64,000 bases of DNA, taken from the NCBI GenBank assembly GCA_964016885.1, contig OZ024742.1:113398001-113462000 (forward strand), read 5' to 3'. Below are positions 43,786 to 57,448 of this stretch, one piece after another. The notes under the pieces are model-generated. The model searched no databases, had not been told where the DNA came from, and was given only the letters and a program-made list of their open reading frames with translations. Position numbers and translations under genes: made by a program. The stretch is from Eledone cirrhosa. Its lineage: Eukaryota. Each line of letters begins with the position of its first letter. Within the stretch, counting starts at the first letter, position 1.

Positions 43786-43941
43786 GAACTCAAACACACA
43801 CACACACACACACACACTTACACACACACACACACACACATACATACACACACACAGACACACATACATCCCCCCCCCACACACACACATACGCACACAT
43901 ATCCATGCACACGTAACATTATTCACTGTACTAATGGATCA

Positions 43942-44015
43942 TCGGGGTCAAAAAAATAAAGTACCAGTAATGCACTGGTAATTGCTGGCCTTGTGCCTAA
44001 TGTAGAAACAATTAT
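43942..44015 (+). mobile_element. SINE 3' fragment
   Basis: aaaataaagtaccagtaatgcactggtaattgctggccttgtgcctaatgtagaaacaatt. Confidence 0.75.
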
Positions 44016-44224
44016 TATTTATATTATTGTTACCATTAGTATTATGTTATCACACGACATTCTGTAGTCGAAAATAGAAGGGAATAAATTTGCTCCAGCT
44101 ACACAGACACACGCTCTCTCTCTCTCAGACTGATATATAACCCAACGCATATACGCACACACACACACACACACACAGCACTACACGTACTCACACATAC
44201 ACACAGTCACGTACAATTCTTTTT

Positions 44225-44410
44225 TGGATTGGCAGTAGATTGGTAGAGTATCATACACCATATTTTGCAGCATAGAGTTATGGCCCTTTACGTTATGTGT
44301 TCAAATCTCACCGAGGTGAACTTTGCAATTCATCCTTACGGATTCGATAAAATAAAGTACCAGTAATTCGCTGATAATTGCTGGCCTTGTGCCAAAAGTA
44401 GAAATAATTG
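44225..44410 (+). mobile_element. tRNA-derived SINE
   Basis: tggcagtagattggtagag...gttcaaatct...catccttacg...aaataaagtaccagt...gctggccttgtgcc. Confidence 0.8.
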
Positions 44411-46444
44411 TTCTGTCCTTGTCACAAAATTCGAAACAATAATTATATAGTTATCATTATGATAGTGATGTTAAGGATAACCATAGCAATTATAATTATT
44501 GATATTTGTTTTGATATTGTTATTGATATTTTGACATAACAGGAACAATAATTAGTTATACTCACACAAACAAACAAACACATAAATAAACAAAATTCAT
44601 GTTCTACTGAAATTTGGAGATTATCACAAGGACAATAGCAATTGTCATTTGCTATTGAATATAATAGGCATGAATTGCTGTACTAACCTACGACAAACAC
44701 ATTTCTTGTGCGAATGAACATGCAAGCCTTGTCACCAAATTATACTTTGAACAAGAGTAATTTTTCTGAAAAACCCTTGAAAAATCATGACACTGAATTG
44801 TTGGCAGGAAATAAACATAGAAATTCGATTGTTACTCACACAATCTTCCTCAACATATCAAATTGTTGATGCAACTTAATAGCAATCTCAGCCACATTTT
44901 TGCATCGCTCTTAACCTTTGAAAATCATAGAATATCTGAAACCGTTAAATATATAAATTATTATTATAAATAAGCATTCTTGATGATCCAATTGCATTTT
45001 CAACTAATGTTACATATATGTACAGACGTACAAACACAAACACACGCATTCATCTGTGTATTTCGTATATCAAAAGATATATGGTGTGTTTAATTAATAA
45101 ACAGCCCAGCTATGAATATTGAAATGCTGACGGCCAGCACCAACTAGTGGATTCCAGCAGAAGCATTAAACCTACCGTATATATTTACATGTACGAATTT
45201 CACATACATGTTTATATGCAGCTTTGCTGAATCTATGTTTTAATTATACTTTTATGCTGAGTCAACTTAAACAGCTTTATATGCTAATGAGGCTAATCAA
45301 CCCACCTAAACAGGCGAACAAATGTTATATATTTTCGCCTGTTTCCAGTCCCGTCAGAGAACAGGGCAAGAACTGGTTATATGAGAGCCCGTGCTTGATG
45401 TGCATAGAGAGTTGTCCCTTGCTGCTTCTAGAAAACAATAGCCGTAAGACTTTCCAAATTCTTAGCTGGGCTTCCAAAATGATTATTTACTAAACATTCC
45501 CTATATCGCTAGACATAGCAAATTCTCTCACATGTATGTAAACAGCCACGCCGAAGCTGAATTTTAATTATAAATGTGGATATGTAGATAGGTCCATATA
45601 TACATAGACACATATACATACGCATATATATATGATCGCCACAGTCTAGATAAATATACGCGAATACACACACATAAATACATCCCTACACGCAAACATG
45701 TATGCATAGAGATATGAATATGAATACAAGTTCAAATGCATGCATACAAATATTCGATGGTCAGGTGGATGTGTGACTACTGCGTTGTTAGGATGGTTTG
45801 TGAGTTTGGGTGTGACAGCGGTGTCGGTGTGTTGGGAATGAGTATATCATATAAGGCGATGTTGAATGAAAGAATTAAGTACTATGAAGTTTATTGGTAT
45901 ATAATGTGAAGAACATTAATTATAGTGCTGTAATATCATGGTCATTTCAGTGCTAGATGGACTATTATACAGATAGTTATGGTGGGTATAAACATATCTC
46001 ATGACCAAAGTTTATATAACCTTCTTTGCGTTTCAAACACATATATGCCGTATATCGTAGACCTGGGTTGCCATCGCAATTTCTCTCCCTCTCTCCTTCT
46101 CTCTCCCCTTATCTCCCTCTCTCTCACTCTCTCTCAGTCTCTCTATAAATATATATATGTTGATTGTTCCTAAAAGCTAATGTTGAACGAAGAGGTGACA
46201 ATCTGTCACCGGCTCGGCACAACATCAAATCGGGCCGTCTGTTTACAAACGAATCGAATGTTATTATTAATATTCGATATAAGCTATACGTACCTATTTA
46301 TATATATATATATAGAATAAGGAAAAGCGAAGTAGTTTCAGATGTTCGAGTCTTTTAATAATGAAGCTGTGATATATATTTCAATGGCGACAGTGGCCAC
46401 ACCGTTCTGTGCGCCAGTGTCGTGACATCGTCAGCCAGATTGTT

Positions 46445-46880
46445 ACATAATAAGGTTATGTTTCCAGGGCTCTTTCAAGAAACAGAATCTAGCCAGCTCC
46501 ACTTCTTTATCTAGCTACATACACTCTCTGAAAACTAGGAATAGACCATTTACACTGCAATGGGAAGTAGTAGGTAGGACCGCATCGTATAAACCACCGA
46601 ATAAATTGTGTAATGTCTGCCTTCTGGAGACCCATACTATAATCTTTTCGAACCTAGACCTCGTTAATAGAAAGTCAGAGACATTTTCCTCGTGCCAACA
46701 CCGGTACCGACACTCGTTCCATAACTTTATACCTAGCTGTTAGTATACATCGATGTCAGATTTGAATTTCCCACCACCATTAACACTACACATCTAGCAC
46801 TTACCAGCACCTACAACCACAAACCCCTCGACCAACTCTTTCCGCTTCACAACTCCTATTCATATATATCCTTATGGTCT
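46445..46880 (+). mobile_element. 3' fragment of a GIYRDDG-type Penelope-like element
   Basis: TSLSSYIHSLK....FTLQWEVVGRTASYKPPNKLCNVCLLE..II...VNRKSETFSSCQHR, homologous to the C-termini at ~9600-9800 and 32735-32906. Confidence 0.75.
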
Positions 46881-47067
46881 GCAATAACAGTTAGAATTAG
46901 ATATAGAGTTACCATCTTGTGATATAACTACAATATATTAATTATATCTTATACAGTAATGCATATTTGGCACTTGGTGTGTAGAGACATTTAATGTAAT
47001 GTGTGGTGATAAATTATGTGTGCAATTGTAATTATATAATTAAATGATTAAATTACACAACATAATA

Positions 47068-47247
47068 ATAATTGTTTCTACTTTAGGCACAAGGCCAGCA
47101 ATTACCCAGTGCATTACTGGTACTTTATTTTATCGACCCCGTAAGGATGAAAGGGAAAGTCAACCTCGGCGGGATTTGAACTCAGATCGGAAAGGGACGT
47201 AACTATGCTGGAAAGCATGGCGTCCGACCCTCTACCGATACTGCCAA
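47068..47247 (-). mobile_element. tRNA-derived SINE (well preserved)
   Basis: Nearly identical to 18181-18360. Confidence 0.9.
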
Positions 47248-47496
47248 TAATAATGTATATATACACTTATAATTAAATATAAAATGTAATAGCATTCTAT
47301 AATGGGGATTATATTATTACACATATAGCATATCTATTATGACATATTAATAGCTGTATAATCCTTCATAACATATATATTTGACCTTGTCTAAAGAAAC
47401 CGTTAATGTAAGATAGTAGAATACACTGTATTTAAAATCAGGCTTGAATATACAGGGTTATGTAACATAGATCCAATGGTATCACATAAATATTGT

Positions 47497-47602
47497 CCCG
47501 CCGAGGTTGACTTTGCCTTTCATCCTTACGGGGTCGATAAAATAAAGTACCGGTAATGCACTGGTTAATTTCTGGCCTTGTGCCTAAATTAGAAACAATT
47601 AT
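47497..47602 (+). mobile_element. SINE, 5'-truncated
   Basis: cccgccgaggttgactttgcctttcatccttacggggtcgataaaataaagtacc...tagaaacaatt. Confidence 0.85.
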
Positions 47603-48434
47603 ATTGTGTATTAGAACAAATAATTTTAATAACTGAATTGAACTTAATTAGCTAGTTACCTCCCCGTACGCATTAGCTCCCCTTATTCACTTCCGGAAAT
47701 TAACGATTGAAAATATAACGGTTGATCAAATATTGTCTATGAATCTGAATTCATTAAGAATAATTTAAAATCCATTGCTCTAACTTAAAACACTAAATAT
47801 AAACATTAACTAAAATGTAATTCAACACATGTCATGGAAAAGAACGTTTGTTTCTCAACACACATTAATTCGAACACCATCAACATTCAACTTCCACCAT
47901 AGACTCTAATACATTAACATATTTACTTCAACTACAGTATTTATTCTTCTGCATAATAGATTTGCTTGTCTCCTTCTGATGTATATGACTTACCAGTCAC
48001 ACTATCCACACGCCTGCATATGGTTTGTTATCGCACTCTTCCGTTCTCAAAACTGCTTCCTCAATGCCTCTTTAATATTTGGACTATTCCTTTGTTTTAA
48101 CTGTTGCATGTATTCCACTCCGTGCTTTTGATTTTAATTTTAATTTTAATTTTAATTCTGATTTTAATTTGAACATGAATGTTTGTACAATTATTGTGCA
48201 ATTCCCGTAAAATATATGTCACATCAATTTCACCGTGTAAATACGAAACTGTAAATCACAACGTCAATTTATATGTATCTATATTATTGTTCAGTTGAAT
48301 AGGAGGGTAATTATATGTGCAAACATTGATAATGTTTCGATGACTCCAAACGAGAGTTTGGAAGAAACGATTGTCAGTTATTAAATGATTTGAACACAAC
48401 TTTGATAATGGTATCATTGATTTATTTATTTATA

Positions 48435-48515
<81 letters not shown>

Positions 48516-48544
48516 ACTAACATATATATATATCTACTAACTAA

Positions 48545-49638
48545 CTCCTGCATCGAACCACCTAGGTACTATGACATAACCTGTGTATTTGCTGGCATTG
48601 GCGTACATCTGTGCGCTTATGTTAGTAGATATATTAAATTATCTATATTTATCTCCAAATCACTGATTTGTCGAGCAAACCTGCCAAAACCACTTCTAAA
48701 AAATTTTTTTGGGGGTGTTAGTAGGAGCTTGTCATCTTACCACCCCATTCCTACTGACTAGCCTCTGTGTCACGTGATTGATTCTTTAGAATCGGCCATA
48801 TGATCAGTGGCAGTGAGAATTTTCAGTAGCTGGCATCCAGTCCTCGATAGCTGTTCCATTTACCGAATTATTATTATTTTTATATGAGTCGCCAGTGTCC
48901 GCGCATCGCCTGGAGACTCGGCTGAGAATGACCTCCCTGATGACGCAATGAAATTCTCAACGGTTCATTACGTAACTGTCTTTATCCCATTGCAGAAACT
49001 AATTAGTTGGAGTGAAAATTTAAGTAAGTTAATTTTTTTTTTTATTTTTAAAAAAAATTTTTTCTTATTTTACGTCTTTTATATTATTGTTCTGCATTCT
49101 CCTGCATCGAACCACCTAGGTACTATGACATAACCTGTGTATTTGCTGGCATTGGCGTACATCTGTGCGCTTATGTTAGTAGATATATTAAATTATCTAT
49201 ATTTATCTCCAAATCACTGATTTGTCGAGCAAACCTGCCAAAACCACTCCTAAAAATTTTTTTGGGGGGTGTGTTAGTAGGCGCTTGTCATCTTACCACC
49301 CCATTCCTACTGACTAGCCTCTGTGTCACGTGATTGATTCTTTAGAATCGGCCATATGATCAGTGGCAGTGAGAATTTTCAGTAGCTGGAATCCAGTCCT
49401 CGATATCTGTTCCATTTACCGAATTATTATTATTTTTATATGAGTCGCCAGTGTCCGCGCATCGCCTGGAGACTCGGCTAAGAATGACCTCCCTGATGAC
49501 GCAATGAAATTCTCAACGGTTCATTACGTAACTGTCTTTATCCCATTGCAGAAACTAATTAGTTGGAGTGAAAATTTAAGTAAGTAAGTTAATTTTTTTT
49601 TTAATTTTTTTTTTAAATGTTTCTTATTTTACGTCTTT

Positions 49639-49640
<2 letters not shown>
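48545..49640 (+). repeat. two-unit tandem of about 554 bp flanked by (TA)n
   Basis: ctcctgcatcgaaccacctagg starts at 48545 and 49099. The units are nearly identical and non-coding. Confidence 0.93.
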
Positions 49641-49673
<33 letters not shown>

Positions 49674-49679
49674 GTACAC

Positions 49680-49821
<142 letters not shown>

Positions 49822-49823
49822 GC

Positions 49824-49992
<169 letters not shown>

Positions 49993-51256
49993 TGTATTCC
50001 TGTCTGTTTGTTTGTTTTTTCACGAACTCCTCCTATGATTTTGGACATAAACCTCCATAAGCATGTATATTCTGAAACTACATTGCCCAGGGCACTTGGA
50101 TAAATATATTTCATTTTATTCAAACGGTTCCACGGCGGCACACACCCCAGCTGAACACTTTTTATGACATTTAAACCATTGTTAAATGAGAAAATATGAT
50201 TCCTATTCAGAAATGTTTTGAATTGATATTTTGAAAAAATGATTTCCAAAAAACAAATTAAGAATACGATTTAATAATGTAATTTTGATTTCATGTATTA
50301 CAAAAATAATGTTTTCCAATTTTATATGCATTGCATTTTACATTGAGTAATATGGAAATGGAGAGATGTTTTTCATAAATTATATCAGATTTAAAATCAA
50401 TCGTCATTTTCTTACAGAAAAAAAAAACAATGTGTAGCATATGAGTTATATATATATATATAACCCACCGGGGTGCTTCAGACCCCTCCGGCTACCCTCA
50501 AACTGATTCGACCCGCCATCCCAAGCGGTTTACCAGGGTGTGGCCGCTGTCGCATGCTACAACTTGTTCGGGCCATAGGTGAGAGCTGAGTGTCAGGTGG
50601 GACCTAATGCAGGACCAGCTGTCCTGAAAAGGGCCTGGATAGTCCTCTACATAGGTACATGCCCCTCCCTGATACCCCAGGCTTATACACACGCATATAC
50701 TTACGTCTACATGTGTACGTGTGTATATACATATTTACACATTTTTGGATGGCCGATGACATTTATGAGTTATTCCGCCCGTTGTCAGGTTTTGATTTTT
50801 GTCCTTCAGGGTGTCCAAAATCGCCCTCCTCACCAAGTAAACTTGGTGGGGTTGCCAGTTTAGTCGCCGACGACCCGACCATACAAACAGTTATACTTGT
50901 TTACATGTTACCAGTAGCACTCAAGATTGACCGTCATTGTGCACTGGCCGTCCCACTATAAACCATTCCCGCACAGGTTTCTTCTTTAGCGTGCACTCTC
51001 AAAGCCCAGCCGCGATGGGCGAGAGGCAGTGGTAACAAGTGGAGGTAACATATGGGAGTTGCCAATCTGTCTCCGGTATCTTCCCCAGCCCCCACTGTCC
51101 CCGGACCTGCAAGTAAAGGATCGGCTTCCAGAGTCACCTTCGTGTCCACGGCAGACAGGAACAACAATAAAGAAGGTGTCATAATTGTTTACGATGGACA
51201 ACCAAGAAATAAATATATATTTGTATGTGTGTGTGTGTGTACATATGCATACCTAC

Positions 51257-51362
<106 letters not shown>

Positions 51363-54300
51363 GTGTGTGTGTGTGTGTGTGTATGTGTGTATGTATGTGT
51401 GTGTGCGTGTGTGCATGTGTGTGGGTGTATATATCGCTAGATATGTATAGAGTGAACTGTCATTGTTGAAATATATATATATAGAATGAACCCCCAATTT
51501 CGGTGGGTTGGCATTTCGTTCTGGCTTATGACTAGCTGAAATGTAATTTGTTCATTCTTAACCGGGGCCACAAGAAAAGTTGAATCAACGATTCTGAGAG
51601 TAAACTTTACCAGATGAAATAAATAAATAAATATATATATATATATTATATTACACAAATATTCTGGAAAAGGTTATTTGATTCCATTTTCAAACAATAT
51701 ATTCCTAATGGTGCTATTTTCAATTATATATATTGTATATGATTTATGCTTGTATTACGTTCAAGACAATGACCTATATGTCTATTCAACTGTTGCATAT
51801 TAGGTAATATAAACATTTGTTACATATAATTTCACTCTTTACACACACAAAATAATGGATACGTTCATAAAACCCATGCTGTCTGATATCCTACTCTATA
51901 TTAAATGTTGCTCAATAATAGAATAGTGCTTAACAGTCATAACTCTCCCCTTATGAAACTTAGGAAATATCAATACTACTAAATAATTACAATATGAAAG
52001 AAATGGATTTCGCTTAAAGACTTATATCATATCCCCACCAAACAAGTTATATCATTATGACAAAATATTCAAATATTTATTATATCGATGATATTTAAAA
52101 GGAACCCCTACTGTTGGAATGACATTTATCTACAAACATCCCATTAAAATGTTGTTATCGGCTATGTACAAATTTGCTACCAAGGGATGAATATCAGATA
52201 TTTCAACTTTGCTATGGCAACGATAAAAGTGAATTTATCTCTAAAACGATAATTTGTTTTATTTCTCCATTTTCCACGGATCATAGTTCACAGGACTCGA
52301 ATGAATGAAAGGTTTTCCTTGTTAGACAATACTTTCAGAAATATTGCATACAATAAATTTTACAGCCGTTTTCAAAAGTTATTGCTGCATCAGCAGTTGC
52401 AAATATTGAATATTTTATTAACGAAAGAGGTGATATGACACCAATATTTTGAGTTCTATTTACATGTTCTCAAAATGTTCTGAATAATTATGTCGTTGGA
52501 TCGTAGTAAAAATACTTTGTTTTGTTTGTCCCAGCTTATTGGAGTTTAAGTTCAAATTCCAACACAGTTAGTTTGCATTTTATCGCTACGCTGAAAAACG
52601 CCACGTGTAGTGAGAGAGAGTGGCGTAATAGTTTAACGGTCTGTATTGTAGATATAAGCCGTCGCCATTGGACTCATTTGGACTGCGAGTATTCACGAGA
52701 AGGTCACCGGCATGAATATAATATCGTCGTTTGTTTGGCTCATCACAATGGTACCCCTAATTTTAGAATATAATAGGATTATCTCAATATACGAAATAAT
52801 ATTAAGAAAGTTTGAAATCGCAAATGAATCTTTCTGAGCGTTTAACTAGCGGGCCAAATAGTTTCTCCTCACAATGGCCTCTTGTGCGCCTGGATATAAC
52901 GCATGTCACTCGAATCCATTTCTATCAGAAAATACACTTTGCATTTTCTAATCCTATCTACTAGTAACAAGAATAAATGTATATCTATGGGTTGAAGGTG
53001 GGCAAAAAGGTAACAACAATAACAAAATACACCGAGAACATTGGAAAAGCATGTCTCCATGAGTAGGTCGTCACTTCACAACTTTCTTTGCTTTTATTCG
53101 ACAAGGACCAGTTAGAATGTTTATTTGTATGGGAATCAAGTAATAACAGATATTATGCATGTCATAATTGACAATATCTGTCTATTATTGTCTTAAAATA
53201 AATATGCAGACTTACTCAACATAACTAATACAATGTATACTGTTATGATTTATATATGACTAACAAATACTGTTGTTGTTTTTAGAAATAGCAAATGCGC
53301 ATATCCTTAATATTTCAGACAAATGAAAATAATTTGAAAAACATTTCGTAAACATATTCACGCATTTCATAGGAATAAACATTTAATTTAAACTTTATTC
53401 TTTGGGTAAGAAATATTTACGACATTACGTATAGTTCACACGTGTAATATGTGACGAAATATCTGTTACAACCAAGACAGCATCAACATTCTACCATTAT
53501 AATCTTCATTCATCATTTTAATGCCAGACAAAAACATTCAAAATTATTCTTGTACATCAGATATTTGCTTACGTTCACACATTAAAAGCTAAGGTAAAAT
53601 TGAATATTAAATTATAGAGATAATTGATTTTGCACGGTCGTTCAGTAAGACACGTGCTGAGGGTTGTAGATATATAAGCTGATCAGATTCTTCCTTCATA
53701 TATGTCGAGAAAAGAAAATATGAACGTAGCGGAACGTATGCTTCATAATGTAATGGCTTTAATAAAACTCCCATTATGTATGACGATGAAAAATATTCCT
53801 AAAATTGCTTACTTCTTGGGGAAAATTATAAACATTATCAAATACATTTCATCAGGCCTTTTCTATATTAAAAAAAAAACTATTTTTGTCATAAAAAAAA
53901 TGTACTAATTGCTTCAACATGCATACTGCGTTTCGATTGATTTATCAATCCGCTTCATTTCAGTATATATAATATAAATATTATTCCGTAGGGGTATATA
54001 TTTAGCAGTATAAAAAAAGTGCGTTGATTTTTTCCTACTTGTGATATGTCATATTCCATTACTATGTTGATTTTCTTCTATATCGATTCTTAATATGTTT
54101 CTCAGGTAGACATTTATTAAATACCGGTGATGTACACTGTGTTCTGATGTTATATATCATTTAAACTCTATGGAAATTCTCAAATAAAATCGTACATATT
54201 TTCAGCAAGAATCTAATACTAAAAGATACTGACGTCCACTATCAATAAAATATAAATATAAATATTAACATAGATATTGGAATTTTAAAAATCAATGTGT

Positions 54301-55199
54301 TATATTTAAAAATACGATGTGGTGAATGTCGAAACATAACTGATACATACGTTTAGAGTAGATAACATAAAATATTTAACCAACGATTTGGAAGGAATAA
54401 TTCATAGAGAGAAGGATAAATACTTCTCCACTGGAATCAATACTACACTTTCAACATAGGTTTATACGTTTATTTATTTCCTAGTTATATATGTTTAAAC
54501 AATATCCAAAGGGCCAATTATAAAACGCGTATATTGTCAACATTGGCACAATGCCTATTAAGAAATATTCACTGTGACGAGGACAAATTGTTCTGAAAAC
54601 ATCTTTTTTTTTTAGACTTGTGCCCCAGTATCTACGTAATGGGTATTGCTGCAGTAAAGATAGAAATATTAGTGTTATACTTTGATTTTGGTTTCTTAGA
54701 ATTTTACTTTGAACCTCCATTGCAAATAATTTTCCCATAATACATTTATCAGCAATCTAATTAATAGCTAAATCACAAGAGCATTTTTAGATTTTATATA
54801 ATTAGAAAATTGTAATTTCTCACTTGAAACTTTGAATCTGCATTTCGTTTTGCTAAATGAATTATTGGACAGTGGAATCACATAAAGTAAGGGGTAGAGA
54901 ATATTAGGAAACTATTCCAAAAACGCCAAGGAAATTAAAGATTGTTTAAGAGATATATTATAACAGAAGTTTTTTTATTTCTTGGAATATGTATAATGTA
55001 TTTCAATTTCCACAACTCAATGTTTGATCATTCTTATTTCGCAATGAATGTATGCATTTATTTCCAGAAAAAAAAGGTTATTTCTGGCTTTAAAGAACCA
55101 CCATGAAATGTATAGTTCATAAAATATGCATAATTTTCAGTGTGCAAACATGTGAAATTTTGTTTCTATTTACATTGTTATATATTTATATATATATAT

Positions 55200-55238
<39 letters not shown>

Positions 55239-55249
55239 TATATCAATAT

Positions 55250-56850
55250 AAAATATTGGATTTTGCAAAACCTTAAATCACCAAAGACCTGCCTAAACAC
55301 AAAGACACACAAAGACAGAAATGTTCACCAGTTGCCCACACGTGCAATCACACCTGCTTTCCAGCTCATATAAAATTAACACACTTTCAGATACTTATCC
55401 TCCATAAGCTCTTATTATTCTCTTTAAGACTACCTTTTCTGATTTACTTTCATTTTTAACCTTATTATTAATTTCATTTTTATTTTTATTTTTACTTCAC
55501 ATCCACCACTACACCCCCCCCCCCTTTATTCTCCGATTCACTTACGTAATATCTTCACTTTCCACTTTTTACTTCCCTATTTTCTTCACTACCTGATTAC
55601 ACACTCACTTGCGTTTTCCACACCAGATATTTTCTGATATTTCGCAGCCATTCTTATATTTTTTATATTTGTACTCACTTATTCACAAGGCCGTTTTTAC
55701 ACCCTGTATCTATGTGTCTGGGCGTCTTTATGTGTGTATACTTTCTGTATATGTACACGAACGCCTCCGTATGTGCACGCGCGTGAGTGTGTATATATAT
55801 GTGTATGTGTGTGTTTTTACATCTCCGTTTTTAGATCTATTTTTTTACATTCTTATTTCCATGTGTGCGCATGTAAGCGGGTGAACGTGCGTGAGTGTAT
55901 GTATGTGTGTGTGTGTATGTGTGTGTGTGTATGTACTGAATGTATGGATGTGTAAGTGTGCGTATGTATATATGTATGTATATATTTATGTGTATGTAAG
56001 TGTGTGTGAGTATACAGTCGCGTACGTACGCGTTATTAGATATACATGGGGCGAAGTGTATGTATGTATATGTGTGCATCCTGTGTGTGTATGTTTACTT
56101 GCAAACGCTTTTGTCTGCACGTTTTGCGTGTATATATATATTTTTTTTTATAGATATACGTTCCTTGTAGATATGTGTGTATGTACGCGTGTACCTTGTT
56201 TGTTTTCTTTACTTCGTAATTTTCTTTCTAAATTATTGTTCCATTTTTATAAATATATCGAGAATGATACTTTCTTTTTACTATTACTCTCCCTTACCTC
56301 TTTTTCTTCCGCATATAAGTGTACGCGCGTGCGTGTGTGTTTATTCGCGTGCCTTCATATTCTTATAATGTATCTAATAACCTGTTTTTCTGTGTATCTG
56401 TCAACCGGACATTCATGCCTGTGTCTGTAGTTACATATACACAGGTATACTTACCCTCATATATATATTTACGCACACATTTTCACTATACACACACATT
56501 TGTACATACATACATATGTACATCTGTGAGTGTATATACATTCATATATACACACCTAACTATGTTTCTTAAAACATTTTTTTATATATTGTATATGTCT
56601 ATTGTATTACCTTCACCTATATTTACATAATTTTTTTTGCATTTCTTGAGGAGAATTTCCAAATATTTAGCTATGTTTTATATTGCTTCGTCCGACGAAC
56701 GAATGAATACGTTTCTTTCGTATTCGCCTTATTCGTGAAACCTCTGTTAATGATATAATTATATTGTATTGATGTGTTTTATACATTAAATTTTGCTCTG
56801 GTACTTACATAGAGCACTCTTCACTGCTATGACTTTTTCTGTTTTCAACG

Positions 56851-56860
<10 letters not shown>
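55250..56860 (+). mobile_element. probable PLE 3' end + long pLTR with a degenerate HHR (~56685-56757)
   Basis: CLN...TEMFTSCPH-like ORF end. CCGACGA acgaatga...ttattcgt GAAA cctctg TT. The tail tacatagagcactctt is shared with the 10480-10560 element (minus). Confidence 0.55.
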
Positions 56861-56883
<23 letters not shown>

Positions 56884-57018
56884 CAAGTAAGTATGTTTTG
56901 AAACAGTGAGCGAGTTTGAAATTAGAAAATATATAGCTTTCACCGTATTTTTAACTAAAGGAATTTTAGCTTGATAACGGGGTTTAGAACCCTCAGATAA
57001 ATGGAAAAAGATGAGTAT

Positions 57019-57088
57019 TGACGTACATGGGAGTCGAACCCACATCTGTGGTTATCGGACCACTGTGCTACCATTACACCAACACATC
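57019..57088 (-). other. tRNA-like sequence (pseudo-tRNA / Pol III head) inside a 258-bp partial tandem
   Basis: gatgtgt tg gtgt aatggta gcac a gtggt ccgata accac agat gtggg ttcgact cccat gtacgtc a. Cloverleaf-like but with a 6-nt anticodon loop and a G-U-rich acceptor stem. Confidence 0.6.
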
Positions 57089-57208
57089 ACCCATCTCTTG
57101 CCATTCAAATTAGAAACTACATTCTTAGCGAGTTTAAATGGCAAGTAAGTATGTTTTGAAACAGTGAAATATATATATATATACATATATATATATTGCT
57201 CTATATTA

Positions 57209-57273
57209 TATTTTATATGCTGAAAGCACACCATAATTTAACTTGGTGTCCCTGAAATATGTATAATGAAATA
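57209..57273 (+). ncRNA. inactivated hammerhead homolog (family of 28629)
   Basis: tattttat ATGCTGA aag-c-acacca...tggtgt-c-cct GAAA tatgta TA atgaaata. Two core substitutions. Confidence 0.55.
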
Positions 57274-57401
57274 AATATGGTTTTATAAATATAGTTTCTA
57301 TTGGTTAATATATGGTATGATATATATATTGATATATATTATATATATATATATTAATGAAAAAGAACAAAGGAACTATTATGACATTATAACAAGTTTA
57401 T

Positions 57402-57448
57402 TGCCGACAGCCGTTTCGTCCGACCATATGGTGGGACTTTTCAAGGCA
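57402..57448 (-). ncRNA. type I hammerhead ribozyme, U3-A8 variant
   Basis: Minus strand: tgcc TTGAAAA gtcc-c-acca-ta-tggt-c-ggac GAAA cggctg TC ggca. Confidence 0.83.

Noticed and set aside
46158-46395. Possible LTR (TG...CA) followed by a TGGCGAC primer-binding site
   Set aside because: No second LTR and no gag/pol; the downstream sequence is a PLE fragment.
57019-57088. Functional tRNA gene
   Set aside because: 6-nt anticodon loop, weak acceptor stem, and embedded in a repeat.
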